Shown: in pieces, positions 13,452 through 27,801 of the stretch
Position numbering within the stretch: the first letter of the stretch is position 1
Layout of the letters: each line of letters starts with the position of its first letter
DNA from: Mobula hypostoma
Lineage: Eukaryota
Direction of reading: 5' to 3'
Length of the DNA: 64,000 nucleotides
NCBI RefSeq assembly: GCF_963921235.1
Contig: NC_086097.1
Coordinates: forward strand, 124,498,001-124,562,000
Made by a program: the position numbers and the translations under genes
Notes under the pieces: model-generated
The model's input: only the letters and a program-made list of their open reading frames with translations
Databases searched by the model: none
What the model was told of the DNA's origin: nothing

Positions 13452-14682
13452 GTATGAAATTCAAATCTATAGTTCCTTTCAACATTGTGCCGATCAGCTC
13501 ATTAAGTGGATGAGAAGTATCATTTTATTTCACTTTCTGTACTACAGCCTCAGTAATGATTTGTTTTTCCTGTATTCTATGCTTTATATAACTCTAATGA
13601 CACGATTTCCTTTGTCTATTAATACATGCACAATGCCTCCTTTGTTTGCAAAAGAACAATGAACAAATTTTGAAATATTTTCATTACAAGGTATTTGTGT
13701 TGAATGCTTTTATCTGTTTCTCTCTCCACAAATACTGCCTGATCCATCAAACTGATATAGCTTCCTTCATGTTAATGTTTCTACATTAACATTCCTGGTT
13801 TATACACTGCAAATTGTGATCTGCGGAATCTCCCTCATCCAGATAAATGATATATTTTTTAAGTTATCAGTAAGAGAGAAATATGGACACCACAAATTGA
13901 GAATTTCCTCATAAGGCCCATTTCTATTAGTGTACAGTTGGACAGATCTCACAGATTATATTATAATTGCCTTTATTGTGTATGTAAAGCACCAGTAGAG
14001 AGGGGTTGTTCATATTTATGGAGCCGCACACAATACGTTCAGAGTTTCATGCTCATATAACTAACACCCTCTACAAACACAATCAATCATGGTGTTTTAA
14101 CATTCGAGTGACAGATACAGCCTCCATGTATGTAACTTATCACCTGGCACCGTCATTTAAATCATAGGTAAGTGAAGCTGAAAATCAAGGCTTACATTTA
14201 TCAATTCCAATGCAGCGAACTGTCAGGTCAGCTGAAAAAGTCATTGTCTGCAGTCTAACCATCACTGCAGGATTTGTATGTGTCCAGGACAAAGAAAGTG
14301 GGTAGGAAAATCATTGTGGACACAACCTACACTGCAAACTGTCTTTGCCAAAAACTCTCTTCTGGAAAGTGTTGTAGGACAATTAAAACAAGAACTTCAT
14401 TCCATCTTAAAAGTTTCTTCCCACAGGAAGTTAATCTGATCAACCATTCTAGTTGGCCCCCTCCCATCCCCCTCTATTAACCCCATCTCTGCACTGCAAA
14501 AACACTTTTTAATATTGTAATTTGGATAGTAAAATGCATGATGGTATTTATGCACATTTTATTCTTTATCCATATTTAACCTCTAAATGTATTTTTTCTA
14601 TAATACTTTATTCTTTATATTCATTGAATGTTGTTGTTTTATGTTGCATGTCACACCGACACACCACAGCATGTTCCTTATA

Positions 14683-15876
14683 TAGTGTTTTCTGGTTAAT
14701 TGGGCAATCGGTTAATCAGGGCAGTGTTTATTTGGGACAACTCTTAAAAAACAAAAACTATTTGAGAAAAGGAAACAAGATTTTCTTTGTTTATTTGGGA
14801 CATCATGCCACTTAACCGGGACAGTAGACTGCCACCAAACTGTTTCTAACTAGCATCAGTCACGTGCACTTATGGGGCAGTTAAACACTACACCTTGGTT
14901 CAAGCGATTAGTTTTTAAGCAGCATCAATTGCATATGTTTGTGTTCAAAGAGCTGTGATTTTTGTTAGCTGGCAAGAAATAAGCAGAAATACCATTCAGA
15001 ACTGCATTACTCACTGCTGTTTCAAGCTTGGAGATGCAAGAAAAGATGCAAGCTGTATAAGATGATGAGAGGCACTGATTTTCCCCCAGGGCTGAAATGG
15101 CTAACACGACGGGGCATAATTTTAAGGTGCTTGGAAGGGGGATACAATAGGATCTTTTAAGAGCTCATAGGTACATGGAGCTTAGAAAAATAGAGAGCTA
15201 TGTGGTAGGGAAATTCTCAGCAGTTTCTAGAGTAGGTTACATGGTCGGCACAACATTGTGGGCCGAAGGGCCTGTGATGTGCTGTGGAATAAAAAACTGC
15301 TGGGAATGAAAATGTAGCGATTTCACTAATTCCACAAGTTAGGAAATAAGAAGTTTGAAATATGAAGGTAACAAAAATCATCTTAAATGTTACAGCGAAA
15401 ATGAGGATTTGGAGGATGCAGTTGTTGACAGCATTTTATGAAGTCTGCCATTATCTGCACTAGGTGACTGCGCTGATTTTGTTCATCTATTGTCAATCAA
15501 AAGAACATGGCATTACACACTGGATAAATTCCTCTGTGGATAACTATTAGGGACTAATACGATTTTATAGTACTGTAGTAATATTGGTAGTGTTCTAATT
15601 TGTTCTATATTTCATTTAAATATGTAATTTGCTGCTCAGTTGTACATCAATCTGTATTTGTTATACCTATTTAACTATTTCCATAAAAAATAAACTCTTC
15701 TCGGGCTTCCAGCCGGGCACAAGTATCAATTTTAACTGATGTTTCAATGACAAACCCTGCCATCTTCATCAGGGATTTTTTTTATTATTTCCATGAGACT
15801 TCAACTAATTGGGGCAGCTGCTTAATTGTGTCAAAATGCACTGGTCCCTATGTCCCAATTAACTGGAATCAACTGT
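14683..15876 (+). mobile_element. Tigger/pogo-like DNA transposon remnant with a nested CR1 3' piece (~15050-15290)
   Basis: Degenerate TIRs tagtgttttctggttaattggg / cccaattaactggaatcaactg plus TA; same family as 45310-46173. Confidence 0.65.
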
Positions 15877-16129
15877 ACATGTCAGTGTATATGACAAATA
15901 AAGTCAATCCTTGATCCTTGGTCAGGGAATGCAAGCTTCTAGCTTTTGTCATGACCCTAATAAACTGAGGCAATGGCCTGCAACTAGTAATGCAGTGATG
16001 TCTGGTTTTGTGAACTTCTGTTCTGTATGCTGCTTATCATTTGCACCATTTGCTTTCTCCCCCTCACACTACACACTAGGTATTTGACAGTCTTATTTTG
16101 TTTTTAATGGGTTCTATTGTGTTCAGTTT

Positions 16130-16650
16130 TGGTCACCAAATTACAGGAAGGATATTAATAAGGTTGAAAGACTGCAGAGAAGGTTTACAAGGATGTTGCC
16201 GGGACTTGAGAAACTCAGTTACAGAGAAAGGTTGAATAGGTAGGGACTTTATTCCCTGGAGCGTAGAAGAATGAGGGGAGATTTGATAGATGTATATAAA
16301 ATTATGATGGGTATAGGTAGAGTGAATGCAAGCAGGCTTTTTCCACTGAGGCAAGGGGAGAAAAAAACCAGAGGACATGGGTTTAGGGTGAGGGGGGAAA
16401 AGTTTAAAGGGAACATTAGCGGGGGCTTCTTCACACAGAGAGTGGTGGGAGTATGGAATGAGCTGCCAGACGAGGTGGTAAATGCGGTTTCTTTTTTAAC
16501 ATTTAAGAATAAATTGGACAGATACATGAATGGGAGGTGTATGGAGGGATATGGTCCGTGTGCATGTCAGTGGGACTAGGCAGAAAATGGTTCGGCACAG
16601 CCAAGAAGGGCCAAAAGGCCTGTTTCTGTGCTGTAGTTTCTATGGTTTCT
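16130..16650 (+). mobile_element. CR1 LINE 3' fragment
   Basis: MRGDLIDVYKIM..RGH..FFTQRVVGVWNELP; tttctatggtttcta tail. Confidence 0.9.
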
Positions 16651-16888
16651 ACAGGGTTTCCTTGTTTCCTGGTTGCCTATAAGAAGACAAATCTCCAAGT
16701 TGTATAAAGTATACCTGCTTTGAACAAATGTACTTTGAACATTTTGAAACCAACCATCAACCACAATTAATTTTTCAAAGCTGGCTGTGCCAACTTTGGC
16801 AACGTTGATCGTTTTTAATTAACACGGGTACTGCTCCTGATGGTTCATTCACAGGAATTTCAAATATACCATCTCAGTAACTTGCACC

Positions 16889-17765
16889 AAAGGTTCATTT
16901 ATTATCAATGTACACAACCTGAAATTCAAATTCACCAAGTAGCCATGAAACCCAGAAAGAAAATAAAGGCAGCACAATCATCAATCCTCAAATTCCCTCC
17001 TCCTCACACAACAAAACAGACACATTGACTCCCAAATCCCCCCGCACAAAAAAAACCAAAAAAGATCTGGCAAAAAACAGAGTATAAAAAACTATAAGAC
17101 TGAAAGAAGTCTATAGTCCAAGTCCACATCCAAAATGCAGAACACCTGGGGAACACTTTCCGGGCCCAGTGGGGGACCTTTCCCTCTCCAGAGCAGATCG
17201 ATCAAAAACAAGGGCAGCCAGCGCTCATGCCCTGCACTCGCCTTGATGCTTTAATCTCCCTTGTCACTTTAATTGGTGAAGAACGGAAGCTTTAATCAGT
17301 GAAATGGAGTCAAACAATGGTTTGTGCCCCATCCCACAGCTTTCTTGCTACAAAGTTCACGCACGCTACCCTCTGTCTCCCAGAATCCTGAGAGTGCAGA
17401 GCACTGAAACACCCAGACGATCTCCGAGATTCTGCATTCGGCTTGATATTTCCATCTCCCTCATCACTTTAATCGGTGAACAATGGCAGCTTTGATCGGC
17501 AAAATGGAGTCGAACATTGGCTCATAGGCCGCCCACCACAAGGTTCCTGCATGCTGCCTGTGCCTCCCGGAATCCTCTCTGAGACTGCAGAGGGCTGGAA
17601 CACCCAAACAATCTTCAAACAGCAAATCACAGGCTCCAGCAGATCCAGGATCACATCCAAGATGAAAAACAAATGACATAAAAGATGTGAAATACATAAT
17701 TTAATTATCTAACCAGAAGATGCTGACCACAGGAGCATTGTATGCAGAGGCCATTTTGACCGGAT
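16889..17765 (-). mobile_element. Non-coding short retroposon-like element (LINE-type tail, 5' CCGGTCAAAATGGC)
   Basis: Left end is the reverse complement of the ttgataataaat tail also seen on Rex1-like pieces; internal duplication ~17230-17330 / ~17430-17530. Confidence 0.5.
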
Positions 17766-18279
17766 TCAGTCGTACAAAAAAATAAAATCACTGGCAGCTG
17801 CACATCCAGAGAACTCTCAGGCTGCAAAGATAGAGCAAGCTCCCAAATCTCCTTCAGAGGTTTGCACTGTGCCACGTGGAGAGCGAAACCCATCCTGGGT
17901 GCATGGGATATGGCCGAGGAATGAATGGGTCAGTGGGCTGATTCTCTCTTCTCACTCAGATCTCACTCTGATCTGACTCCACAACGGCGAATTCATTTTC
18001 AGGAACCCTGCAGCTCACACTCCAGGTGCTATGGGTATACATTTCTTTTACCATTTGCACAGCTAGTCCTCTCTTGCAGTTTGGATGTTTGTCAGTCATT
18101 GTTATGCGTGGCTTTTTGGGGATTGCGTTCTGTCACTTTGCTTTGTGGGTGCCTGCAAGAAGATGGATCTCAAAGCATAGCTACTTTGATAATAAATGAG
18201 AACTTTGATTTGCCGCTGCACGTTGCCCAGGTGGGTAGGTCCAGAGCATGTTCCTGGGAATGATCCCGGGAAAGAAAGA

Positions 18280-19070
18280 GCTGACATAAGAACGTTTGAT
18301 GGCTCTGGGCTCCAGAGTAACGAGATGGGATCTCATTGAAACCCATCATCTCACTGAAACTGGAAGGCCTACATCGAGTGGACACGGATGGGATGTTTCC
18401 TAGGGCCAGAGGGCACAGCCTCAGAATACAAGGATGTCCCTTTAGAACAGAGAAGAGGAGCAATGGCTTTAGTCAGAGGGCAGTGAATCTGTGGAATTCA
18501 TTGTCACAGAAGGCTGTGGAGGTCAGATCATTGGGTACATTTGCATGATAGAATGGTGGAGCAGACCCAATGGGCCTAGTTGCCTAATTCTGCTCCAGTG
18601 TCTTATGGAATATTGGGTATACTTGAGTGTCACTGTAGTATACCAGTTAGAGCAGCATATTTATATAGCTCGGGGCATGGGAGTTCAGCATTCAATTCAG
18701 ACGTCGTCTTTAAGGAGTCTGTACTACTGCCTTCCCGTGGAATGCATGAGTTTTCTCCAGGTCCTCCGGTTTCCTCCCACAGTCCAAAGACAGACCGGCT
18801 AGTAGGCTAATTGGTCATTGTAGATTGTCCTGTAATTAGACAAGGCTCAAATTGGGGATTACTGGGTTGTGTGGCTCAAATGGCTGGGAGGGCCTATTGT
18901 AAATAAATAAATATTTAAACTGGGGGAGTTGATAGGTTCTTGATTAGTAAGGGCATCAAAGGTTACAGGTAGAATGGGGCTGAGGGGGAAAATAAATCAG
19001 CCATGATGGAACGGCAGAGCAGACTCGATGGGCTGAGTGGCCTAATTCTGCTCCTACACTCTATCTTATG
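18280..19070 (+). mobile_element. CR1 3' fragments flanking a V-SINE/HE1-like SINE (~18670-18910)
   Basis: RGHSLRIQGCPFRTE..FSQRAVNLWNSL; SINE core tttcctcccacagtccaaaga and aataaataaa tail. Confidence 0.7.
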
Positions 19071-19359
19071 GAATGGGAGAAGAAAAAAAGGGATTAGAGT
19101 AGGACTAGTGTAAATGGGTGCTTGATGGTAAACATGGCTTTGATAAACCAAAGGATTTGCTCCTGTACTGTCGACTCTGACAAAGCATTAAAAAAAATCT
19201 GAAGATATTTGAAAATGCTTCATGTTAGAACCACACTGGTAAAAGTTGATTACCAGGCTCATCAAGAACAGAGTTGGTCTTTGGGTCTTTGCTCTACACA
19301 ATATTTAAGATCAATAAACTTGCAGTACATAATCAGTCACTGTCTTGCTTTCACACATA

Positions 19360-19886
19360 CACTCAGTGGCCACTTTATTAGGTACGCCTTGTTTATGAAA
19401 ATATCTAATCCAGCCAATTATATGGCAGCAACTCAATGCATAAAAGCACACAGACATGGTCAAGAGATTTAGATCAAACATCAGAATGGGGAAGAAATGT
19501 GATACAAGTGACTTCGACCATGGAATGATTGTTGGTGCCAGATAGGGTGGTTTGAGTAACTCAGAAACTGTTGATCTCCTGGAATTTTCATGCACAACTG
19601 TCTCCAGAGTTTAAAGAGACAATCGCAAAAAACAATTAAAAAAAACATCCAGTGAACAGTATTTCTGTGGATGAATTGTCTTGTAAATGAGGGAGGTCAG
19701 AGGAGAATGGGCAGACCAATTCTAGCTGACAGGAAGGTAACAGTAACTCAAATAACCAAGCTTTACAACAGTGGTGTGCAGAAGAACATCTCTGAATGCA
19801 TATCACATCAAACCTTGAAGTGGATGGGCTACAGCAGAAGACCACAAACATACACCACCTGTACCTAATAAAGTGGCCAATGAGTG
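19360..19886 (+). mobile_element. Non-autonomous Tc1-like DNA transposon
   Basis: TIRs cactcagtggccactttattaggtac / gtacctaataaagtggccaatgagtg; preceded by TA. Confidence 0.88.
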
Positions 19887-20444
19887 CATGAGAGAAGTAA
19901 GAATTATAGTGGCATAGTTCATCTCTTTGTAATGTGTAAATGAAAATATGTACATTTACTAAACATTTACAAACTACCAGTGAACTTAGCGGGACTTAGA
20001 TAAACAGTCTCAGCCCGAGAGGTCAACTGTCTATTCCTCTCCATGGATGCTGTCTGACCTGCTGAGTTCCTCTAGCATTTTGTGTGTGTTAGTTTGGATT
20101 TCCAGCACCTGCAGAATCTCTTGTATTATTGTGTGTACCATCTGGTTCTGCGACATACTTAACCATGTACACCACAGAAAGAAACTATGCAAGTTGCGGT
20201 GCAAAGCAGATACAGCCTTGTGAATGGGAACTATCCTGGTGCTGAAAGATTGGTTAGCACACTGACATCACATGAAACAAATCTGCGAACATGCAAAGTC
20301 ACGATGGCTCCACTGTATTGCTATTTCAGCAACAGCAAGAATTCGTACAACCGAGGTAAAGGAAGGGATCTTTGGGAAGGTTACCATCCTTGAATCCTTT
20401 TTCCAAGTCGATGATATCCACAGCAGGTAGTATAAAAGCCCCTT

Positions 20445-21500
20445 ATCATCTTACACAAGATGATAAGCAGCACAGATCGAGTGAACTGCCACAGTCTTTT
20501 CCCCAGGCTGGAAGTGGCTAATACAAGACAGCATAACTTTGAGGTGTTGGGAAGTAAGCCCAGGGGGATGTATAAAAATTTCTATTTTTTTGGTTTTACA
20601 CGGAGTGGTTGGAACGTGAAACACACTGGGTGGTGGGAGAACCAGATACATGAGGCATTTAGGAGTTGTAAATAGCACTGAAGTTTGTCACAGGTTAGAA
20701 CAGGACATTGATAGGATGCAGAGCTGGGCTAAAAAGTGGCAGATGGAGTTCAACCCGGAGAAGTGTGAAGTGATTCACTTTGGAAGGTCAAATTTGATGG
20801 CAGAGTATAGGGTTAATGGCAGGATTCTTAGCAGGGTAGAAGAACAGAGGGGTCTTAGGGTCTGCGTCCACAAATCTCTCCAAGTTGCCAAACAGTTGAT
20901 CGAGATGTTAAGAAGGTGTGTGGTATATAGCCCTTCGTTAGTCTGGGGGGGGGGGTTAAGTTCAAGAGCCACGAGGTACTGTTGCAGCTTTATAAAACCC
21001 TAGTTAGACCACACTTAGAATATTGTGTTCATTACAGGAAGGATGAGGAAGCTCTAGAGAGGGTGCAGGTGAGATTTACCATGATGCTCCTTGGAACAGA
21101 GAGCATATCTTATGAGGAAAGGTTGAGCGAGTTTGGGCTTTCCTCTTCGGAGTGAAGGAGGATGTGAGGCCCTTGAGAGATGTATAAGAGGCATAGATCT
21201 AATTGACAGCCAGAGAGGCTTCCCAGGATAAGAATGGCTAATACCAGGGTGCATAACTTTAAGGGGATTGGAGGGAAGTATGTGTGGGTGGACGGTGGTT
21301 GTCAGAGTAGGCATTTTACACAGTGAATGGTAAGTATGTGGAACGCCCTGCTAGGGGTGATAGTGGAGGCAAATACAGTACATGAGGGAAATCTAAGACT
21401 CTCAGATAGATACATTAATGAAAGAAAAAAAAATGGGCTCTGTCAGAAGGAAGGGTTAGATTGATCTTGGAGTTGGTTAAAGGGTCAGCACAATCCTCAT
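20445..21500 (+). mobile_element. Degenerate CR1 LINE fragments
   Basis: WAKKWQMEFNPEKCEVIHFG motif. Confidence 0.85.
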
Positions 21501-22133
21501 TGGTTAATAAGGGCCAACCCGTTAACCTACACCAAGATCAATGAATCCAATACAGACTGTTTTCATGTCCATTAACTTTTTTTTTGTTTTTTATTAGAGA
21601 ATGACAAAAATAATTGTTGAAGTTTCTGGGATATACTTGTGTGAATTACCGCAGCTCTCATTTTCCAGGTGATTATTTTCATATGTAGCATAGTGAATAA
21701 GTAACGGAAGAGCGCATGTGCTCAGGGTGGGAGAGGCAGGGGAGGGGGGCTTGATGGGAGAAGAAATTTCTCCTCTTCATCTAATTCGCCAATCCTGTAT
21801 TTGGATCTGAAGGAGCAATACTGGCCAAAACCATCCGTCCTATTGTTTCAGCCATGCCAATCTATCAAGTTTAATGTTTTCTCCCTGAAGTACCAAGGGT
21901 CTACTTTATTCACTATTTTTGTTTCATGTATGAGGAAGTTGCTGTGATGTGTTAACCGGGGCGTGACATGCAACAAAAAAAACTTTCAACAACTAAAAAG
22001 AGAAAAGAAATTATATCAAAATAAAGTTGGTTAAGTACAGATAGGGAATAAAGCATCCATAAAATACTTAAATCTAGCATGTAAATGGCTAGTTTTATGT
22101 ATAATATGAATGAATTTAACCGAAAAGACCCAC

Positions 22134-22251
22134 CTTTCTGAAGGTACTCCTGTAACTTAAGTCTTCTCTCTTCAGCCATAGACTCGGTTTGCGCAAGATA
22201 ACTCTTAGGCGGAAAATCCGGAACACGATTCTTCCCAAAATACCTCTTCAG
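22134..22251 (-). CDS. SNX31: SNX31-like coding exon 3, PX domain (LKRYFGKNRVPDFPPKSYLAQTESMAEERRLKLQEYLQK)
   Basis: Acceptor taattttag, donor AAAG|GTGGGT; 118 nt; PX FPPK loop and ERR..L..YLQ helix; frame continues from exon 2. Confidence 0.93.
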
Positions 22252-22674
22252 CTAAAATTAGAAAAAAAACTAAATGCTGTAGCATTTGCCAAGATGCTCA
22301 TGTCTTAAGATATTAGGTTCAAATGAGACAAATAATAGACCTCAAAACCTCAAAACATCAGAAGATCGGGCAATTTCAACGTTTAAAATAATTTATTATC
22401 AAAGTACATATGTGTCACCACATACTACACTGAGTTTCATTTTTTTGCAAGCATTCACAGTAGAACAGAAAAATACAATAGAATCAATTAAAAAAACTAC
22501 ACACAAAGGCTATCAACTAATGTGCAAAAGACAGACTGTTCAAATATAAAAACACAAATCATAATAGTAAAACAGCTAAAATTGGGAACACAAGTTGTAG
22601 AGTCATTGAAGCTGGGTCCACTGATTGTGAAATCAGGTCAGAGTTGAGTGAAGTTATCCAAGCTGTTTCAGGAG

Positions 22675-22787
22675 CCTGATAGATAATGGGTATTAACTGT
22701 CCCTGATAGATAATGGGTATTAACTGTTCCTGATAGATAATGGGTATTAACTGTCCCTGATAGATAATGGGTATTAACTGTTCCTGA
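22675..22787. repeat. 27-bp tandem repeat x4 inside a Rex1-like tail
   Basis: Unit cctgatagataatgggtattaactgt(c/t); last base alternates c,t,c,t. Confidence 0.9.
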
Positions 22788-22868
22788 ACCTGGTGACATT
22801 TTGTCTTTTATGTCCACCCAAGGTAAGTGCAGATTCAGATTTATTTATCACATGTAATTGACTAATAT

Positions 22869-23538
22869 AGATTATGAGGACATGCAGTCCTCTTTTATTG
22901 TCATTTAGTAATGCATGCATTAAGAAATGATACTATGTTCCTCCAGAATGATATCACAGAAACACAAGACAAACCAAGACTAAAAAAACTGACAAAAACC
23001 ACATAATTATAACATATAGTTACAACAGTGCAAAGCATACCGTAATTTGATAAAGAACAGACCACGGACATGGTAAAAAATAAAATGACTCAAAGCCTCT
23101 CGAAAGTCCCATCATCTCATGCAGACGGTAGAAGGAAGAGAAACTCTCTTCCTGCCATGAACCTCCAGCGCCGCAAACTTGCTGTTGCAGCACCCTGGAA
23201 GCACCCGACCACGGACGACTCTTGATTCTGTCCGAAAACTTCGAGCCTCCGACCAGCCCTCCGACACCAAGCACCATCTCTGCCGAGCACTTCAACCCCG
23301 GCCCTGGCAACAGGCAATAGGCAAAGCTGAGGATCTGGGGCCTTCCCCTCCAGAGATTCTCGATCACACAGTAGCAAAGGCAGCGAAGCAGGCATTTCAG
23401 AAGTTTCTCCAGATGTTCCTCCGTGCTTCTCACGTCTGTCTCCATCAAATCAGGATTGTGCATGGTCCCTATTTAACAAATACGATATCATTTTGGAGCG
23501 GCCGTGCGCGCTGCATCGCGTCACCATCTTCTCCTCCC
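22869..23538 (-). mobile_element. Non-coding short retroposon inserted into the Gypsy 5' LTR
   Basis: 7-bp TSD ctaatat at 22862-22868 and 23539-23545; CpG-rich; on minus the 5' end is GGAGGAGAAGATGG and AATAAA lies near the 3' end. Confidence 0.65.
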
Positions 23539-23539
23539 C

Positions 23540-26500
23540 TAATATTGTAAATATGTTGGTTGTGTAAGCATTCTCTGTTTGTTTACATAATTTATGATGG
23601 GTTATATGTAAGAGATACGTGAATGGCTTATGTGATAACACCACCATGTCATATTTTAGTGCAGCACTAAAAAAAGTGGAAAAAATAACTAAACAGTGAA
23701 GTTTCCTGGCTCCTATGTTGATCTTTCAATTAGTTTCTGGAGTTACAAAATGTAACAGTGGCATTGAAGAAGTTTCAAAATGAACCCGATATGACTACCT
23801 GCCTGTTGAAGCAAAGCACACTTTTGTTTGCAAGGAGTGAAAGATGTACGAGTTTTTTTTTAAAAAAAGGCAGAAAACAAACTAAATTAACAACCGAGTA
23901 CAGCCAAGAGTTCATAAACAGTGAGTACCAAGTGACAATAATATTAATAATTTTTTTAAAAAGCAGAAGTGGTTGGCTACATTGGAAAGATAGATGTGTT
24001 AAATTGCACAACAGATAACTAGATGATGTATACTGAACAAATTCAGCACTAATTTGAAGCAAATGAAATGAATGATTAAAAATGAATGTCAGTGTTGCTG
24101 AGTGCAATGGGTGGAAAAGCATGCAGTTTGCTTAGAAGTTTAACTGCTTCAACCAAACCAGCCAATATTAGCCATGCTGACATTGTGAATGTAACACATG
24201 AATATTCAGAACTGAAACCATTGTTGACTGCAGAATACTTGGGTTTCTAAGCAGAACCAAAAGGAAGGGGAGTCCATTTCCGTGTACTTGGCTGAATTGA
24301 AGAAATTGTCCCAACATTGTCAGTTCAATAATGAGTTTAATGATGAAATGCAAGATTATTTGGTTTGTGGAATCTTACAAGAAAGCATACAAAAACAGCT
24401 GCTAACCAAGGCAGAACTCACAGTTGAAATTACTGTATCAATGGAATCAGCAGACAGAGATGCAATTGAGTTGCTGTCAGAATTGAAAGTGAGTGTGAAC
24501 TAAATTGTAACATCTAAACAGAAACTAGTTTGGCTGAACAAATTGTGTTACTGCTGTGGCTGCAGCTCACATACACCAGACCAATGCAGATTAAATGTGA
24601 AACTTTCAGAAAATGCAACAAAGTGGGATACATACGAAGAGCATGTTAGGCAGACAAAGATAAATGAATTGCACAGGGAAGAGAAAAAGATAAAAAGTTA
24701 CAGTTTCAGAACAGCATTAATATATGTGCTATTGATGAAAAAACTGATAATGATGAGAGTGACACAGGACTGTGTAGCCTTCAGATTTACAATGTGAAAA
24801 CTAACAAGAGGCAAGCAACATGGCTTACACCAGAACTCAACAACAAATTACTTAAAATGGAATTGCACACTGACTCAACTGTTTCAGTCGTTCCACAAAA
24901 TAAGTTTGAACAGCATTTCAAAGATACTGAACTGAAGCCTGCAGATATCCAACTAAGAACGTCTATTGAAGAAAAGATGACTTCTTTGGGAATCACATTC
25001 ATAGCAGCAAAATCCAACAAACAACAAATCACATTTGGCTTGTACAAGGTAAAAACAGGAGGACCAGCATTGTGAGGATGTGATTCACTGAGACAACTGC
25101 AACTTGATTGAAGATCTATCTACTATTTGCATGCTACCTCCCCATGCAATAGAATCAATTGAAAGTGAATTAAGGAAAGTATTGGATGATGCCACAGCAG
25201 AGTTCAAGGCTGGCATTGGAAAACTCAAACATATCAAAGGTAAAATAGTGTTAAATGAAAATGCCACACACAAGTTTTAGAAAGCCCAGCCGGTTCCTAT
25301 ACCATCCGTGATAAAGAAGCCAGTGAGCTAGATTGCATGGCAGCTGAAGGAATTCTTTCCAAGTTTGAGTGGAAATGCCAATGGTCTCAGTGGCCAAGAA
25401 GAATGGGTCTGTCAGGATCTGTGGTGATTTTAAAGGCACCATCAACTAGTACTGAAAGTAGATCAATACCCTCTGAGCAGGACAGAGGATATCTTTGCAA
25501 AGTGTTACTGAGCATAAACAAGTACAAAAAGCTTTATCACTATAATAGGCTTATTTCTGAAGTTGCATCTGTACTCGCACTCTGGCAGAAAGCTATGGAG
25601 AAGATGCTGCAAAACTGCACAGCATTGGTTACCTGGATGAAATCATTGTTCCCAGTGACGATGACAAGGAACATCTCCAAAATCTCCAAGACAGTGTTAA
25701 GAAGATTAGAAGATTATGGGCTCAGAACACAATGCAAAAAGGAAACACCTGAAATCTTTACAGAAGAAAATACTCCTCTACATGTATTCTCACCAATACA
25801 AATCAAAAGTCTCTCTGTTACTGCACAGATGATCCAAAGGGGAAGCCAAAAAGATCCCACACTGGTTCAGGTCTAAATGACACCCCAAAATAGCTGGAAT
25901 ATGCAGCAGAAATTCCAGTTCCCCCATATTTACCAGCGCCAAGAAGAAATTGTCCTTGCCTTATCTGGGGAATGTGAGTTGTAGCATCCAAGCCTAGAGC
26001 ACAGTTGTTGGAGGAGCTATATGCCAGCTATCTGGTCATGGTCGAAACAAAAGTGTTGGTTCAAAGCTTTGTCTGATGGCCTGGGATAGACCAGCAAATT
26101 GAGCAGCTTGCCATGCATTATTCAGGATGCCAACATTTCCAAAAGATGCCAACAGCAGCACCCCTCAATCCCTGGGAGTGGCCTGTATTACCCTGGCAGG
26201 GGATTCACAAATAGGGTGAATTATTTGCTAGGCCAATAGTGAGCACAAATTTCTTGGTAGTAGTGGATGCAGCTACAAAGTGGCCAGAAGTGTTCCCAAC
26301 AGCCTCCACTACAGCCTCGCACACCATTGATTTGATGAGAAGCCTCTTCTCAAGGATTGGTGTTCCAGTACACTTCACCAGTGACAATGGTTTGTTGCAG
26401 AACAGTTTTAGTCATTCCTGAAAATGAATGGAATATGACATCTTACATCTGAACCGTACCACCCAGCTACAAATGGCTTGGCAGAAAGGTTTGTCCAGAG

Positions 26501-27630
26501 TGTAAAAAATGCACTGGAAGCATTATCAGCAGAACACACAACACTGAATCAGAAGGTCGTCAATGTCCTCCCTGCATGGTGCAGTGCAGCACCCTCCACA
26601 ACCAACAACCCATGAGCTATGCTGTTCCTGGGTCATCTCTTGTGCTCCTCAAACCCAATCTCAGAAGGAGTTTGCAGGACAAACAGCTGAGACAAATTAA
26701 GGGCTCCTCAAAGGAGCAGGCTAGATGTTTCACTCCTGGAATATGCAGTGAGGGACTATTGAGATGATGGCAAGATTAAGGACTGGACTGGACCATTGTT
26801 CTGCACAGTAGAGATTGCGTCTGATGTCATCTGGAGGCAACATACCAATTAGCCGAGGAGAGCTGAGTCAATGGTTCGAGAGGAAAGGTGTCCCAGAGTC
26901 AACTTCTACAGCCACCCTGGAGGAGGCCCCAGAACCTGAGATCATTTCACAAGTTCCTCCTGCCAAGCAGGTGACTCCCTCTCTCCCCACCCCCTGGGGT
27001 TATCTCACAAGAGTAAGAAATCCTCCACAGCAATTAAATCTATAGGCCTGAATTGGATTGGACAGTTTAAAATTTACTATGCTGTGGTTGTTGATATAGT
27101 AGATGTACTATGTTGGCGCATGGCCAAGTGGTTAAGGCGTCGGTCTAGTGATTTGAAGGTCGCTAGTTCGAGCCTCAGCTGAGGCAGCGTGTTGTGTCCT
27201 TGAGCAAGGCACTTAACCACATATTGCTCTGCGACGACACCGGTACCAAGCTGTATGGGTCCTAATGCCCTTCCTTTGGACAACATCGGTGGTGTGGAGA
27301 GGGGAGACTTGCAGCATGGGCAACTGCTGGTCTTCCATACCTTGCCCAGGCCTGCGCCCTGGAAACCTTCCAAAGCGCAAATCTATGGTGTATCACGAGA
27401 CTAACGGATGCCTATAAAAAGATGTATTATATACTATACTGTGTATATAGTTGAGATGCATTCTCTATTGAGTTGGATTTTATAGCTGAGCAGGCAGGAG
27501 AGTTGTATATTTAACAGTTCAGTAACACTGTAAATATATTGTTTGATTAAGCGTTCTTTGCTTACATAATTCATTATGGGTTATATGTAAGAGGTACGTG
27601 AATGGCATACATCATGACACAACCATGTCA
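23540..27630 (+). mobile_element. Decayed Gypsy/Ty3-like LTR retrotransposon (gag-pol remnant)
   Basis: 5' LTR ends ...tgtaaca followed by gtggca (PBS-like); CCHC CYCCGCSSHTPDQC; protease-like MELHTDSTVSVV; integrase FLVVVDAATKWPEV...SDNG; purine run then partial 3' LTR ~27500-27630; many stops and frameshifts. Confidence 0.88.
27112..27419 (+). mobile_element. tRNA-derived SINE nested in the Gypsy element
   Basis: A box tggccaagtgg, B box agttcgagcc; near-TSD agatgtactat / agatgtattat; second copy at 45645-45952. Confidence 0.88.
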
Positions 27631-27801
27631 CAATAATGTTTAACAATAAGTTTAATATCTTATCTGACAAATGAGAACTCATACAGCGTAACACTTACTG
27701 TGTGAGCTCTTTTCCAGAGAACCCTCAACATCATAAACAGGTGAGTGTAGACATCAACAACAGTAACTTACACTAAAATTACTTCATAATTCCTTCTTCT
27801 C

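Noticed and set aside
11527..13485. 652-aa and 483-aa ORFs (Pro/Ser/Leu and Gly/Glu/Arg rich)
   Set aside because: Artefacts of the GA-rich tract, which cannot contain stop codons
27112..27190. tRNA gene
   Set aside because: It is the head of a SINE with body, tail, TSD and a second copy; no full cloverleaf or T-run terminator
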